Source: Podarcis cretensis
Lineage: Eukaryota
Assembly (NCBI GenBank): GCA_951804945.1
Contig: OX638154.1
Span: 64,356,001 to 64,420,000, forward strand
DNA: 64,000 nucleotides
Direction of reading: 5' to 3'
Below the pieces are notes generated by a model. The model ran no database searches, was not told where the DNA came from, and saw nothing but the letters and a program-made list of their open reading frames with translations. The position numbers and the translations under genes are program-made. Shown here piece by piece: positions 49,865 to 59,180 of the stretch; positions within the stretch are counted from its first letter, which is position 1, and every line of letters begins with the position of its first letter.

Positions 49865-52579
49865 CACTGTAACAATAAACTGGAATGGTTCCTGAACTAC
49901 ATTGTTCTGTACTGACGTTCTATGCTGGATGATGCTAATTTCAGATGATGCTAATTTTCAGCCTGCTTCCTGCAGTGCTTAATTTGCTTGCTATGTTTCC
50001 TGTCATTCCAAAACTCATATCAACAAGCTTTCTTGTTTTTAGGAATGCTGAACAGCAAAAGATATTGTGGAGGATTCCTGATATTTCACAAAAATCAGAG
50101 AATGGAGGTAATAAGGCAAGCTTACATGCTCTTCTGAAAAATCAGCCTCTTTGGCCTTACGTTTTCTCCCTCTACTCATACTAACATTTGCCCCACTTAT
50201 TGCGTCATCATGTATAGCTGTCTTCTCACTCCTCTCTCACTGTGTGGAGTGAGGAAACTCATTGAACAGTGCAGCCATGGATAGTTTTAACATGAAACTG
50301 AATACAATTCAATAAAGCCAGGAGTTCCTGGGCTGCGCACTTATTTTAACATGTTACTGGGGTGAGTTAATTACTGAAATGTCATTGCTATTTACGTATT
50401 ACGTTTATGAATTTATTTTGAATTTTTTTTTTATATGTACTGTTTCATTATAAGCATATGAATAAACTGGTGAGACTGGTATGTGCAGTGTGATTATCCA
50501 CCGGGGGAGCCAATTTGAATAAAATATGAGGTGGGCAGGTAAGCATAATCAGTCACAAGATGCTGTGCACACACAGTATTTGAATGCCAGTGTCCATCAA
50601 CTGGGGGGTGGGCAACCCCCTCAAATACTTTATTGGGGGGGTTAAAGGGACCTTGGCCCCTAGGAGTTGGCTCCTAGGAATCCCACTATGTTCAATGATG
50701 TTTACTTATTCCCAGGTAAGTGTGCATAGGATTGCTGTTTAAAAACACCAGTTGCTTAGGAGGAAGAAGGGGAAGTGGTGTGATCTGACTTTAACAATTA
50801 GCAAAATGAAAGCTTATCCCCCTGCCAGTGAGTCTCCTACATGTGCACAGGTTTTCTCACTATGTTACATTTTTGTAACATACTTGATGTATTTTCTACC
50901 TTAAAGGTGTGGGCTCTTTGCTGGCACGATTCCAGTTATCCGAGGGACCAAGCAAACCTTCCCCCCTGGTTGTGCAATTCACCAGCGAAGGGACCACTCT
51001 GTCCAGTTGCGATATTGAACTTGTTGGAGCCGGGTATCGTTTTTCACTTATTAAAAAGAGGTTTGCAGCAGGTAAATTTTTTGTTTGTTTGTTTCTATAG
51101 AGGCGCCTTAAATTTTATTCTTCTAAGTTGGGGGTAGGGGTGTATCAGCAAAATGAGGAGCTGGGTGGTTAGGTCTGGAAACGTCAGTGTCCAGGGTTAT
51201 TTAGTCTGGGTGCCTATATCCCATCATGCCATCTGTTAAAAGATGCATGCTTCCCATTGTAATTAAGGATTGGGGGATGGGATGCTGGTCGCATCTTTTC
51301 AGTTTCATCCTATAAAACCAAGCTGTTGCCTGATGTGTTGCTCAAACTCTATTGAGCTGTGAGCACACATGGGTGCATGCATACATATGGCACCACTTCT
51401 TCCTTTTTACCACCATGGAGAATTCCTTTGGGATCTCCTGCCTCAAGAGCCACAGGTCTTGATAAGAAGTTATGGCGCAAATGGTGTGATGGGGTGGAGT
51501 CATGAAGCTGCCCTCCCAACAGCAGCATCACTGCAGTTTACTTAGAGAGGGGTGGGGTGGGGCAGAGCAGAGCAGAGCAGTGGTGAGGTTGGGATGACAC
51601 AGATGCACTACTGTGGGTGCCGGATTGGCTTTGCCAGGGCATCTGTGTAGAGCTGCCCAGGTCAGCTGCAGTGACTCTGGTGTTGGGAGGGCAGCTCCTC
51701 CCCACCACCCTGGCCACTAGTGTCCTATGGGGATGCAACACGCATGTTTGGATTTCCTGTGCCTTGTCTAAGGAATAGCTCCAATATGAATAAGATATGA
51801 AAAGTTGTTTGATCTCTTCCCCTTCTTGTGCCCCACTGAGAGATCTCAACCAGTCTCAGGCACCTGGACCTAAAGAAGTACCGTAATTCACAAACTTTCT
51901 GAAAAGGAAAAGAACATGCAAGCTTGATTTAGCAATCATTCAGTATGTTTCTCAGGTTGTTATTAGAACAACCTTCCTGTAAACAGTAACTTGAAGACTA
52001 TTGCCAGGTGAAAGATTTGAACAATTTGTATTATTAGGCGAAGTCAAGAATGTAGATTTGTTTCAACTGCAGTAGAGGGACAGACTTGAAAGTCCACATT
52101 TCATGATAATGTCATCAACCACCTAGGCTGCACCTTCACTTAAGTAATTTAATTGATAGGCCAATTTGCATGTAACGACAAGCTATGGTTAATGGCTTAT
52201 TGGGACTGAACAGTAAGTGGTGAAGACTTGGCTTATCAATAGGTCTGAACTTGGGGTTATGGCTTGTTTTGCCCTAATAAATAATTATCAGCAAGTCATG
52301 CTTTCATTTGTTAGAGAGAAACAATCCACTGGGCTTGGCTGCAACAAGCCAAGTCTTCATGACTTGTTGGTCCCAGGCACTCCAGGGGAGAACCAAGGTG
52401 GGAGTGATTGGTTGGTGTGGAAAAGCATGCTGCTCAAACCTGGTAAGCCATGAACAGTGGCTTATTGTAAATTGCCATGTTTATAAAAATAAATACAAGC
52501 TTTATTAATGTTATGAAACTTTTATTTTAACATACCTTTTATCACTTTCCTTTCAGGAAAATACCTGGCAGATAACTAA
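2581..52579 (+). CDS. SGIP1: SGIP1 (SH3GL-interacting endocytic adaptor 1), 5'-partial multi-exon CDS: 17 core exons, 1920 nt including stop, plus an optional 60-nt cassette
   Basis: The spliced translation follows human SGIP1 as I recall it ([19 protein letters not shown]...[10 protein letters not shown]...[31 protein letters not shown]...[20 protein letters not shown]). All junctions are GT-AG and exon phases are consistent. Confidence 0.97.
5339..5350 (+). CDS. SGIP1: SGIP1 12-nt microexon RRSP
   Basis: gataacag|AGGCGCAGCCCG|gtaaga; matches RRSP. Confidence 0.9.
5625..5900 (+). mobile_element. Old L2-type LINE 3' fragment
   Basis: APPLWNSLP...LLKTFLFRQ remnant, then a tgtaaaccactttgag...aataaat tail. 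Confidence 0.6.
7385..7409 (+). CDS. SGIP1: SGIP1 25-nt exon GSIKRNLS(S)
   Basis: ttgtag|GGTTCAATTAAAAGGAATTTATCTA|gtaagt; human GAIKRNLSS. Confidence 0.92.
8232..8283 (+). CDS. SGIP1: SGIP1 exon (S)[16 protein letters not shown](S)
   Basis: gctag|GT...AG|gttagt, 52 nt, phase 1-2. Confidence 0.93.
8701..8786 (+). CDS. SGIP1: SGIP1 exon [28 protein letters not shown] (conserved LFGPPL motif shared with FCHO1/2)
   Basis: ctgcag|C...G|gtaggt, 86 nt, phase 2-1. Confidence 0.95.
9044..9408 (+). mobile_element. Sauria SINE, full length
   Basis: tRNA-like head (GGTGGCGCTGTGG; B box GGTTCGAATCC), (ACCTTT)n tail, 16-bp TSD TAGGCAACCACATGAT at 9028-9043 / 9409-9424. Confidence 0.93.
9664..10132 (+). 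mobile_element. Sauria SINE interrupted by a ~90-bp AT-rich insert
   Basis: Same subfamily as 9044-9408; TSD CAAGCCA at 9656-9662 / 10133-10139; insert at ~9691-9780. Confidence 0.9.
10708..10800 (+). CDS. SGIP1: SGIP1 exon (A)[30 protein letters not shown](T)
   Basis: ttcag|CT...GGAA|gtaagt, 93 nt, phase 1-1. Confidence 0.93.
11832..11906 (+). CDS. SGIP1: SGIP1 exon (T)[24 protein letters not shown](G)
   Basis: cacag|CA...G|gtaagt, 75 nt, phase 1-1. Confidence 0.95.
14420..14875 (+). CDS. SGIP1: SGIP1 large proline-rich exon NDQTATEVK...TGSTS
   Basis: cacag|GA...AGTG|gtatgt, 456 nt, phase 1-1; contains [18 protein letters not shown] and [20 protein letters not shown]. Confidence 0.96.
15480..15690 (+). 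mobile_element. CR1-like LINE 3' end fragment
   Basis: Typical squamate CR1 3' terminus (ggactagatgggcc...ctgatcca.caggctcttct). Confidence 0.55.
16992..17052. repeat. (TA)n microsatellite, ~30 units
   Basis: Direct observation. Confidence 0.98.
19099..19223 (+). CDS. SGIP1: SGIP1 exon (G)[10 protein letters not shown]...[12 protein letters not shown]
   Basis: tttag|GT...GTG|gtaggt, 125 nt, phase 1-0. Confidence 0.95.
20378..20504 (+). CDS. SGIP1: SGIP1 exon [42 protein letters not shown]
   Basis: tacag|TCC...ATTG|gtaacg, 127 nt, phase 0-1. Confidence 0.96.
23870..24262. mobile_element. Long-TIR MITE (non-autonomous DNA transposon)
   Basis: Inverted arms, e.g. ggagcttgcagctgctttgctg (~23930) vs cagcaaagcagctgcaagctcc (~24180); a similar-looking element lies at ~52160-52480. 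Confidence 0.6.
25415..25530. mobile_element. Short palindromic squamate MITE-like repeat; further copies at ~28545-28655, 38325-38440, 47740-47810 and 48946-49062
   Basis: ccctccagatgttg...ctcccatca / tggtggaagttgtagtccagcaacatc hairpin family repeated across the window. Confidence 0.65.
26083..26142 (+). CDS. SGIP1: SGIP1 alternative 60-nt cassette exon (E)[19 protein letters not shown]
   Basis: Long U-rich tract, tttcag|AA GAT...GCA G|gtactg, symmetric phase 1-1, open frame. It resembles an EDD..DKL..FER.CETPA insert that I recall from predicted mammalian isoforms (recollection, not searched). Confidence 0.75.
27329..27460. other. Assembly gap (132 N)
   Basis: Run of N. Confidence 1.
30541..30640 (+). 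mobile_element. hAT (Tip100-like) MITE end fragment
   Basis: TAGAGTCACCAGATG terminus followed by repeated gtccc(c)gg subterminal motifs. Confidence 0.45.
32030..33460 (+). mobile_element. Degenerate L2-clade LINE, endonuclease and linker region
   Basis: [35 protein letters not shown] (APE endonuclease motifs), later [17 protein letters not shown]; multiple frameshifts. Confidence 0.85.
33257..33382. mobile_element. hAT MITE inserted in the L2
   Basis: TIRs TAAGGTTGCCATAT / ATATGGCAGCCCAA; perfect 8-bp TSD TGCTTGGA at 33249-33256 / 33383-33390; the L2 frame resumes across it. Confidence 0.8.
35185..35605 (+). mobile_element. CR1 LINE 3' fragment with internal deletion
   Basis: [25 protein letters not shown] remnant and CR1 tail gttggactagat...ggtccctt.caactct...attctat. 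Confidence 0.75.
35993..36317 (+). mobile_element. Sauria SINE, second subfamily, 5'-truncated
   Basis: Core homologous to 9044-9408 but with 3' end ggacctaatggtcaggggtccctttaccttta. Confidence 0.9.
36700..36950 (+). mobile_element. CR1 LINE RT-region fragment
   Basis: [10 protein letters not shown]...N.NF.Y.LM...ERD.GV.V...KKANSM remnant. Confidence 0.6.
37416..37770 (-). mobile_element. Sauria SINE, antisense, B box deleted
   Basis: Reverse complement of the 9044 subfamily; 14-bp TSD TTCCTGTGTGGTTA at 37402-37415 / 37771-37784. Confidence 0.92.
42811..42975. mobile_element. Tc1/mariner-superfamily MITE
   Basis: TA|CTGTATTTTT...AAAAATACAG|TA terminal inverted repeats with TA TSD. Confidence 0.75.
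43920..44167. mobile_element. hAT MITE, same terminus family as 33257-33382
   Basis: AGGGTTGCCATAT...ATAGGGCAACCC termini; internal tccgg repeats. Confidence 0.7.
45609..45720 (+). CDS. SGIP1: SGIP1 exon, start of mu-homology domain ([37 protein letters not shown])
   Basis: tgcag|GC...AA|gtaggt, 112 nt. Confidence 0.97.
46259..46500. mobile_element. Tigger/pogo-like Tc1/mariner MITE
   Basis: TA|CAGTTGTACCTCGGGTTAC...GTAACCAGAGGTACCACTG|TA; internal ttcaggtta repeats. Confidence 0.85.
46915..47070 (+). CDS. SGIP1: SGIP1 mu-homology exon ([16 protein letters not shown]...LPNPQLLC)
   Basis: taaag|A...TG|gtaaat, 156 nt. Confidence 0.97.
47894..48026 (+). CDS. SGIP1: SGIP1 mu-homology exon ([19 protein letters not shown]...DMLKYQ)
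   Basis: tgcag|T...CAG|gtaata, 133 nt. Confidence 0.97.
48289..48491 (+). CDS. SGIP1: SGIP1 mu-homology exon ([21 protein letters not shown]...VLPPAI)
   Basis: ataag|GTA...TG|gtatga, 203 nt. Confidence 0.97.
49120..49861 (+). mobile_element. Young 5'-truncated L2-clade LINE (RT C-terminus, 3' UTR, (TAT)n tail)
   Basis: Uninterrupted [24 protein letters not shown]...[13 protein letters not shown]...[14 protein letters not shown]...KTELF frame to the stop at 49655; (TAT)~15 tail at 49816-49861. Confidence 0.92.
50043..50107 (+). CDS. SGIP1: SGIP1 mu-homology exon ([21 protein letters not shown])
   Basis: tttag|G...G|gtaata, 65 nt. Confidence 0.96.
50502..50678. mobile_element. hAT-like MITE
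   Basis: GGAGCCAA...TTGGCTCC inverted termini; degenerate flanking duplication. Confidence 0.5.
50907..51071 (+). CDS. SGIP1: SGIP1 mu-homology exon ([17 protein letters not shown]...IKKRFAA)
   Basis: taaag|GT...G|gtaaat, 165 nt. Confidence 0.97.
52557..52579 (+). CDS. SGIP1: SGIP1 last coding segment (G)KYLADN*
   Basis: tttcag|GA AAA TAC CTG GCA GAT AAC TAA. Confidence 0.96.
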
Positions 52580-55500
52580 CAGAAGTTTATGCAAGTATGT
52601 GGAAAATCCATATAGCTGAGGACTGCTGTGGGTGAACGGGTTTTATACACTGTTTGAGGAAAAACTAAATCCTGTACTTGGGACATTTCTGTTGGAAGTG
52701 TCAGCAACTTTCAACATTTTCCCTCAGAAAATGCCATGTTGACCAGTCCTACAGTATTTACTTCTAGATGTAATATTGTTAATGTTTTAAATTGTAATTA
52801 TTGTATTTGTAAATTGTACTCATTCCAGTAAGGCTGTATTTTGGCAGTTAGACACTTGAGTTTTAGCATTTTACCATTCATGAAATGGGTGTAATTTAAA
52901 CTGTGGTATATAAATTTAATAGTAGTACTGTTGAATGGCGCAATGCTTTCAGAGGTAGATAACATTTTGTCAATATATACAATCTGAATACCATGCTAAT
53001 TGCTGTGAGAAAGGGGGTGCCTCAAAAAAGAAAGTTTAACTAAAGACCTGCAAATTCACTCCATTTTTCCTTTAGCCCTTAGTATGTCATATAAATAGTT
53101 ATATGAATGAACAGGTCTATCTTCTAAGTATTTGATTGATTTAACTCCAGAACATTTTCAGTAAATGTGGTGGTGGTTATAGCATACTTCCCCCAATGAC
53201 AGAAATGTATCTCCCCCCACCCACCCACTTTTTCATTGTAAAAACAAGTTGATATTTTTTTACGGTCTGGATATAAGTTATTGGATACACTTCCATTGTG
53301 ATGAAGCATGTGTTGGAAAAGCTTTCAGTTCCTTCCCCTTTGTCTGACATGATCAGATGTGGCGGTAGGGGGCCGTCCACTAGAAACCTCCTCACTATGC
53401 AAGCCCTATTGAATTGAATGAAAGCACAGCCAGGCAGCGAAGCAGTTCCACTTATTTTCATCACTAAGTCTTGCACAGGAGAAGCTTCTGGTGGGTTGGG
53501 CTCAAATAAGCAGTTTAAAACACAAATGTGATAACTTTTGACAAATACATCTTTATGTGGGTATAAAAGAGACTGTGTTTTATTTCAGCAACAGTTTTTC
53601 TTCCAGTTTGGTAGGCATGCCTGTTTATTTTTACAATACCATATGCATGCAGATTCCTTGCTAAGAAAATTTACATTTCCTAGTCAGAGTCTAAGGTACA
53701 AGTGAAGGGAGAAAGAGCTCGAAAGTAATGTATTCATGTGTGTTTTAATCTGTAAAGGTTTGTGTTGTGGCTTCATAGTGAGAAACCGTAGCTGCACTAA
53801 GTTTGTGTGGCAGAATTGGTGGCACAATCATTAATCGTACTGGATTCTCAGTTGCCCTGCAGATATTTAACTGCCAGCATATTCTGCTTTCTTCAAACAG
53901 ACGTTTTGGGTTTTAAGCTTCTAATCAGTTTTGAGGTATTTCTTAACATCCATCGCAAAGGAGAGTGCAGCACTTTTTAAAGAACAAAACTGTCCAGTTC
54001 TCTTATGTTGCTGAAATGCTTGCTAGATATTTATAGTGTTTTAGTTCTGCTGCATTTGTTCATTTGGCAGCTAAGCTTGCAGCCTGTACAGCAGGAGCTA
54101 ATGAGAGGGCTCACTGGAGTTGTGCAGAGGGTCATGAGACTAGTGGATAGTATCCATGCTGCTTTTTTTGTACACACAACTAGTATTTTTTTACATTGAG
54201 GTCTAAGTAGGTTGGCATCCAACTGTCTCATTTGCATGCGAAAATGGCTGTGCTTGAGGAACAGCTGTGTCTGCATTAAAGCAAGCAAACAAAATCAGAG
54301 GCTGTCCTGGTAGGAAATCCGGTCATAAATTATATATCCCTTTGGAAGCAAGCATGGGAAATATATATCCTAAAGTGGTAGAAGCTGAAATTTCATATAT
54401 CATCAGAAGGGAGAAAATAACAGAGAATTTCTTTAAATATGAATCTTGGATGAGAAACCTGAGGAGCTAATTTTGAGGAAAATATGACACACAATATAAA
54501 AAATATAACTACTTTTCTTTGGCCCCACTGGTTTCTCTGTAGCACTGATGTTGATTTTGTGAATTGCTAGAACTCTGTGTGGCTTGAGGTGGAAAACAGT
54601 CTTATATTGTACTTTGTGTTCCTAAAAGTTGCCATGTTAGACATGTGTCTGATCTTTCTATGTGAAAGTAAATGTGGCCTTCTGGTGACATCTTCATGAT
54701 GCTTATTACAAAAGCTGGAGTGAGAGAAAGCAAGTTTTTGCCTTGCTCTAATGGATGGAGAACTTTGCTTACACTAATTTTATTTTTTTCCAACATGTAC
54801 AAGTTACCAGGCAGTCACATAATTGTGAGCTTAAAAAAAAACAACCTATAGCTAATGTCATTACTGTCCACAAAAAGTTCACAAATTCTGATTTGAATTA
54901 AAAAGGTTTTTTTCATGCAAATAGCACATGATGTGCATTTGAAAAATATTAGTGTGCAAATTCATTTTCAGTGCTGGAAAGAAATTCACCTTCAAAAAAA
55001 ATCTAAAAGCAAACTAGGGATTTTAAATCTCTGAGCAGACAGGTAAATGGAGAGAAATATGTTCAATACAATTGAATTTGATATGTATCCAGCATAAATA
55101 TAGCTTATCCCAATCTTAGAAAAAATTCTGCAAACGTTCAAAAACAAATAATTTATAAATAGAAGAAAATATATTTTTAAAAAAAGTTTCTCCATTTGCC
55201 TTACTGTTAATGTAGCAGTATTCACATCTTCCCGCAAAAAGGTCCAACTAATGGCCAACATGCCCTAGCTCTTAATACGGTTATTTTTTCCAGCACTTTC
55301 TGCCACAGGGTGTGCAATATCAACTGCTGGCAACCATGGAGTGCCATCCATATTTCTCCCTGTAACAACTCAAAAGTCCTGATCCACCAATGATATTGAA
55401 AAAGGGAATGAAAACATGTCCTGTCATTTAAAAAAAAAGTTATTCGCCAAGTTTTTGTCGTAAAAGAAGCTCTTGTGCAAGCTTTATTTGCATTTCTGTG

Positions 55501-57589
55501 CAGCACCCACAGGCTTTATCAAAAGCTTTTTACTGAATACTGATTCTAGAAGTACATTTTCAATTATTAAAAATGCAGCCTATGCATGACGGCTGTGTTG
55601 CACACATTGTTTGTCTTATCAGCCCCAAGCACACACTTGTGCAAAGAAAGTTCTAGTGTACCTCTGAAACAGCTTCACCTACAGGGTCATCTTCAAGTAG
55701 TAAGCATAGCTAAGATACACAAGGAATTGAGTGTCATTATGGAGGTTACCCAGTTCAGAAAAGAACTAAAATCTAACTCCTTCATCTTAGCTTTTCTTGG
55801 GTGAAGAAAGAATTGGGGACTATCTGAGCCAGTTGTGATAAGTACAAGTCATCAGCAGGGAGAGTGAAGAGGATTCATGTATCTGTAGTAACTGCTGATG
55901 GATTACACTTTCTCATGCAGGGCATATTCAGAAAGGCCTACTGTTTCATAAAATAAAACAAGCAGAATCAAAACACAGCATGCCTTCCAAGCAAGCTATT
56001 CAAATGGAAACAGCTTTCTATATTGCATGCAAAATTTGGAAGGGAAACGATAGGTTTTAAAGGTATAAGTAGGGCTGAACTCTTATGCACACTTACTCAT
56101 GAGCAAGTCCCATTGAAATATGTGGAACTGACCTTGCTGTAAATATGCATAGGTTCAGGCTGTAGAGGTTTTCTAAAACTATATTAGAAAGTAAAGCATT
56201 ATTTCTATACAAAGTTGAGATTACATTTCTACCAAGTCCAAGTTTATAAAACATTAACCTAGTATCTAGTACTTCAACAGGATTAATGAAGCACATGAGG
56301 TGTGTGGTGGTTTTTGTTTTTGTTTTAATTTGATACAATATGCAATATTCAGTAAGCCAACTAAACTTCAATGGGCTACCTATTTCTAGATTTGTTTTGA
56401 ATCAATTTATTTGAATGTTTTTTTTAAAAAAAAATAATACAGAATTCAAACAAGGCTTTACTTTCATGGCCTAATGCATGAATAGGCACTCTTAACAGTG
56501 CAATCCAATACACATCTACTTAGGCCCTTGGTGAGGCTTACTTGCAGGTAGGGGAGTATAAAATTACAGCCTAATTCATTCTTCTTCGTGGCTTCCATAC
56601 TATATTTGAAAATGTCCCTTTCTTTTTAAGCAAAGTGGAAAACATTCCTGTTAATTTATATATGCCACACAGTTAACACCTATAGTTAACTCATAGTTTA
56701 TGCTATTACCAAATTGCAGAGCATTCTTGCCATTCCACATTTCGGTTGTTTAGGATGATCTTAGTGGCTGTAAACTTTCTCCAGTGCTCATACTATGTAT
56801 TAAAGCATGTGTCACACCTTTTAAAAATTGTTCCTTGACCCCCAGTTTGCCTTTGGCATGAAAACATCTGATGGAAAGGGATGTGTGTTTTAAGTTTCTG
56901 CAGTCTAGGTTTAAAGAAAAAGTCAGTGCTGTTTTTTACTTAGTTACTTGATCCTGATTGACATGAAGACTTGAGAGTGAGGATTGATCCTATCTATGCT
57001 TCCCGCCCCCATACGTAAAATACTACATGCTGCATGGAGTGTACATTTGTAGAGCCATACATATGTATGACATACCAGTAGTATGGGGCACATGTGACCC
57101 TGAACCTTGCACTTGTCAGGGACTTAAGTGAACTGGTTTTTAGAATTGTACTTGAGACAATCATAATATTTTAGGTGTGTTTTTAAGACCCTAGGCGCAG
57201 CAGATCTGTTGTTTGGTTCTGAATTATTTAACTGAGCTGAATACTGTTTTACAGGTAAGCCAAATCAAGCATCATTAGTTAAGGTATACACATTTTAAAG
57301 GCGAATGATGCTACCAAGTGCTTGGAAGTTGAAATCTTACCTGCTCAGATATTTATTTATTCATATCATTCATAAGCCACTTTCCCAATAATTGGTCCAA
57401 AGTTGCATACATAGTTAAAACTATGTAACAGGCAAAGTTCTAATTGACTTCATTGGCAGAATACACTTAGTTCCATCGAAGTGGTCAGCTACTAGTTATA
57501 GAAATGATATCTCAGAAGAAATATATAAAATCGTAACAAAAATACAACCTAGTTGTCTTTTCTCTCTTTTTATACTTAAAATTACCATC

Positions 57590-57683
57590 CTTAGAATGCA
57601 GTACTGGACATGTCTGCTCAGAAGTAAGTCATATTACGTTCAGTGCGGCATGCTGCTAGGTAAGTAGGCATCGGATTGCAGCC
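57590..57683. mobile_element. Short palindromic squamate repeat (gctgcaatcc...gagtaagt...ggattgcagc family); copies also near 2195, 2390, 16015, 25660, 50690, 56075, 56495 and 61770
   Basis: Recurring ~90-bp imperfect hairpin. Confidence 0.55.
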
Positions 57684-57783
57684 TAAAAAAATATTTAGCA
57701 GGCCACTGTAGAATAAACATTTTGAGTAACACTCAGGTGCACCAACATATCCAACAGTTGGGCAGCCAAGTTGCATCTCTGAT

Positions 57784-59180
57784 TGTTGTTGTTTAGTCGT
57801 GTCCGACTCTTCGTGACCCCATGGACCAGAGCACGCCAGGCACTCCTGTCTTCCACTGCCTCCCGCAGTTTGGTCAGACTCATGCTGCTAGCTTCGAGAA
57901 CACTGTCCAACCATCTTGTCCTCTGTCGTCCCCTTCTCCTTGTGCCCTCCATCATTCCCAACATCAGGGTCTTCTCCAGGGAGTCTTCTCTTCTCATGAG
58001 GTGGCCAAAGTACTGGAGCCTCAGCTTCACGATCTGTCCTTCCAGTGAGCACTCAGGGCTGATTTCCTTAAGAATGGAGAGGTTTGATCTTCTTGCAGTC
58101 CATGGGACTCTCAAGAGTCTCCTCCAGCACCATAATTCAAAAGCATCAATTCTTCGGCGATCAGCCTTCTTTATGGTCCAGCTCTCACTTCCATACATCA
58201 CTACTGGGAAAACCATAGCTTTAACTAAACGGACCTTTGTTGGCAAGGTGATGTCTCTGCTTTTTAGGATGCTGTCTAGGTTTGTCATTGCTTTTCTCCC
58301 AAGAAGCAGGCGTCTTTTAATTTCATGACTGCTGTCATCATCTGCAGTGATCATGGAGCCCAAGAAAGTAAAATCTCTCACTGCCTCCATTTCTTCCCCT
58401 TCTATTTGCCAGGAGGTGATGGGCCCAATGGCCATGATCAGCTTGAATATCATCACTTCCACTGGCCTTGTTATTAGCAGTGCTTTCTAAGGCCCATTTG
58501 ACTTCACTCTCCAGGATGTCTGGCTCAAGGTCAGCAACCACACTACCTGGGGTGTACGAGACATCCATATCTTTCTGGTATAATTCCTCTGTGTATTCTT
58601 GCCACCTCTTCTTGATGTCTTCTGCTTCTGTTAGGTCCTTACTACTTTTGTCCTTTATTATGGTAATATTTGTACGAAATGTTCCTTTCATGTCTCCAAT
58701 TTTCTTGAACAGATCTCTGGTTCTTCCCATTGTATTGTTTTCCTCTATTTCTTTGCATTGCTCGTTTAAGAAGGCCTTCTTGTCTCTCCTTGCTATTTTT
58801 TTGGAAATCTGCATTCCATTTCCTGTATCTTTCACTATTTTCCTCGCATTTTGCTTAGCCTTTCCCCCCGCTATTTGTAAGGCCTCGTTGGACAGCCACT
58901 TTGCTTTCTTGCATTTCCTTTTCATTGGGATGGTTTTCGTTGCTGCCTCCTGTATAATGTTACGAGCCTCCATCCATAGTTCTTCAGGCACTCTGTCCAC
59001 CAAATCTAAATCCTTAAACCTCACTTCCACTGTGTATTCATAAGGGATTTGATTTAGATTGTATCTTACCAGCCCAGTGGTTTTTCCTACTTTCTTCAGT
59101 TTAAGCTTGAATTTTGCTATAAGAAACTGATGATCTGAGCCACAGTCAGCTCCAGGTCTTGTTTTTGCTGACTGTATAGA
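57784..59180 (-). mobile_element. Bov-B (RTE clade) LINE, 5'-truncated and internally deleted
   Basis: Minus-strand ORFs with EIKRRLLLGRKAMTNLDSILKSRDITLPTKV...WRALVHGVTKSRTRL and DLDLVDRVPEELW...LEPDILESEVKWAL; (CAA)n tail; 11-bp TSD GCATCTCTGAT at 57773-57783 / 59181-59191. Confidence 0.95.

Noticed and set aside
49928-49960. 16/17-bp tandem duplication gatgatgctaattt(t)ca
   Set aside because: Ordinary slippage duplication ~80-115 nt from the acceptor; no evident consequence
57783-59043. Plus-strand ORFs of 181 and 191 aa
   Set aside because: Antisense shadows of the Bov-B ORF
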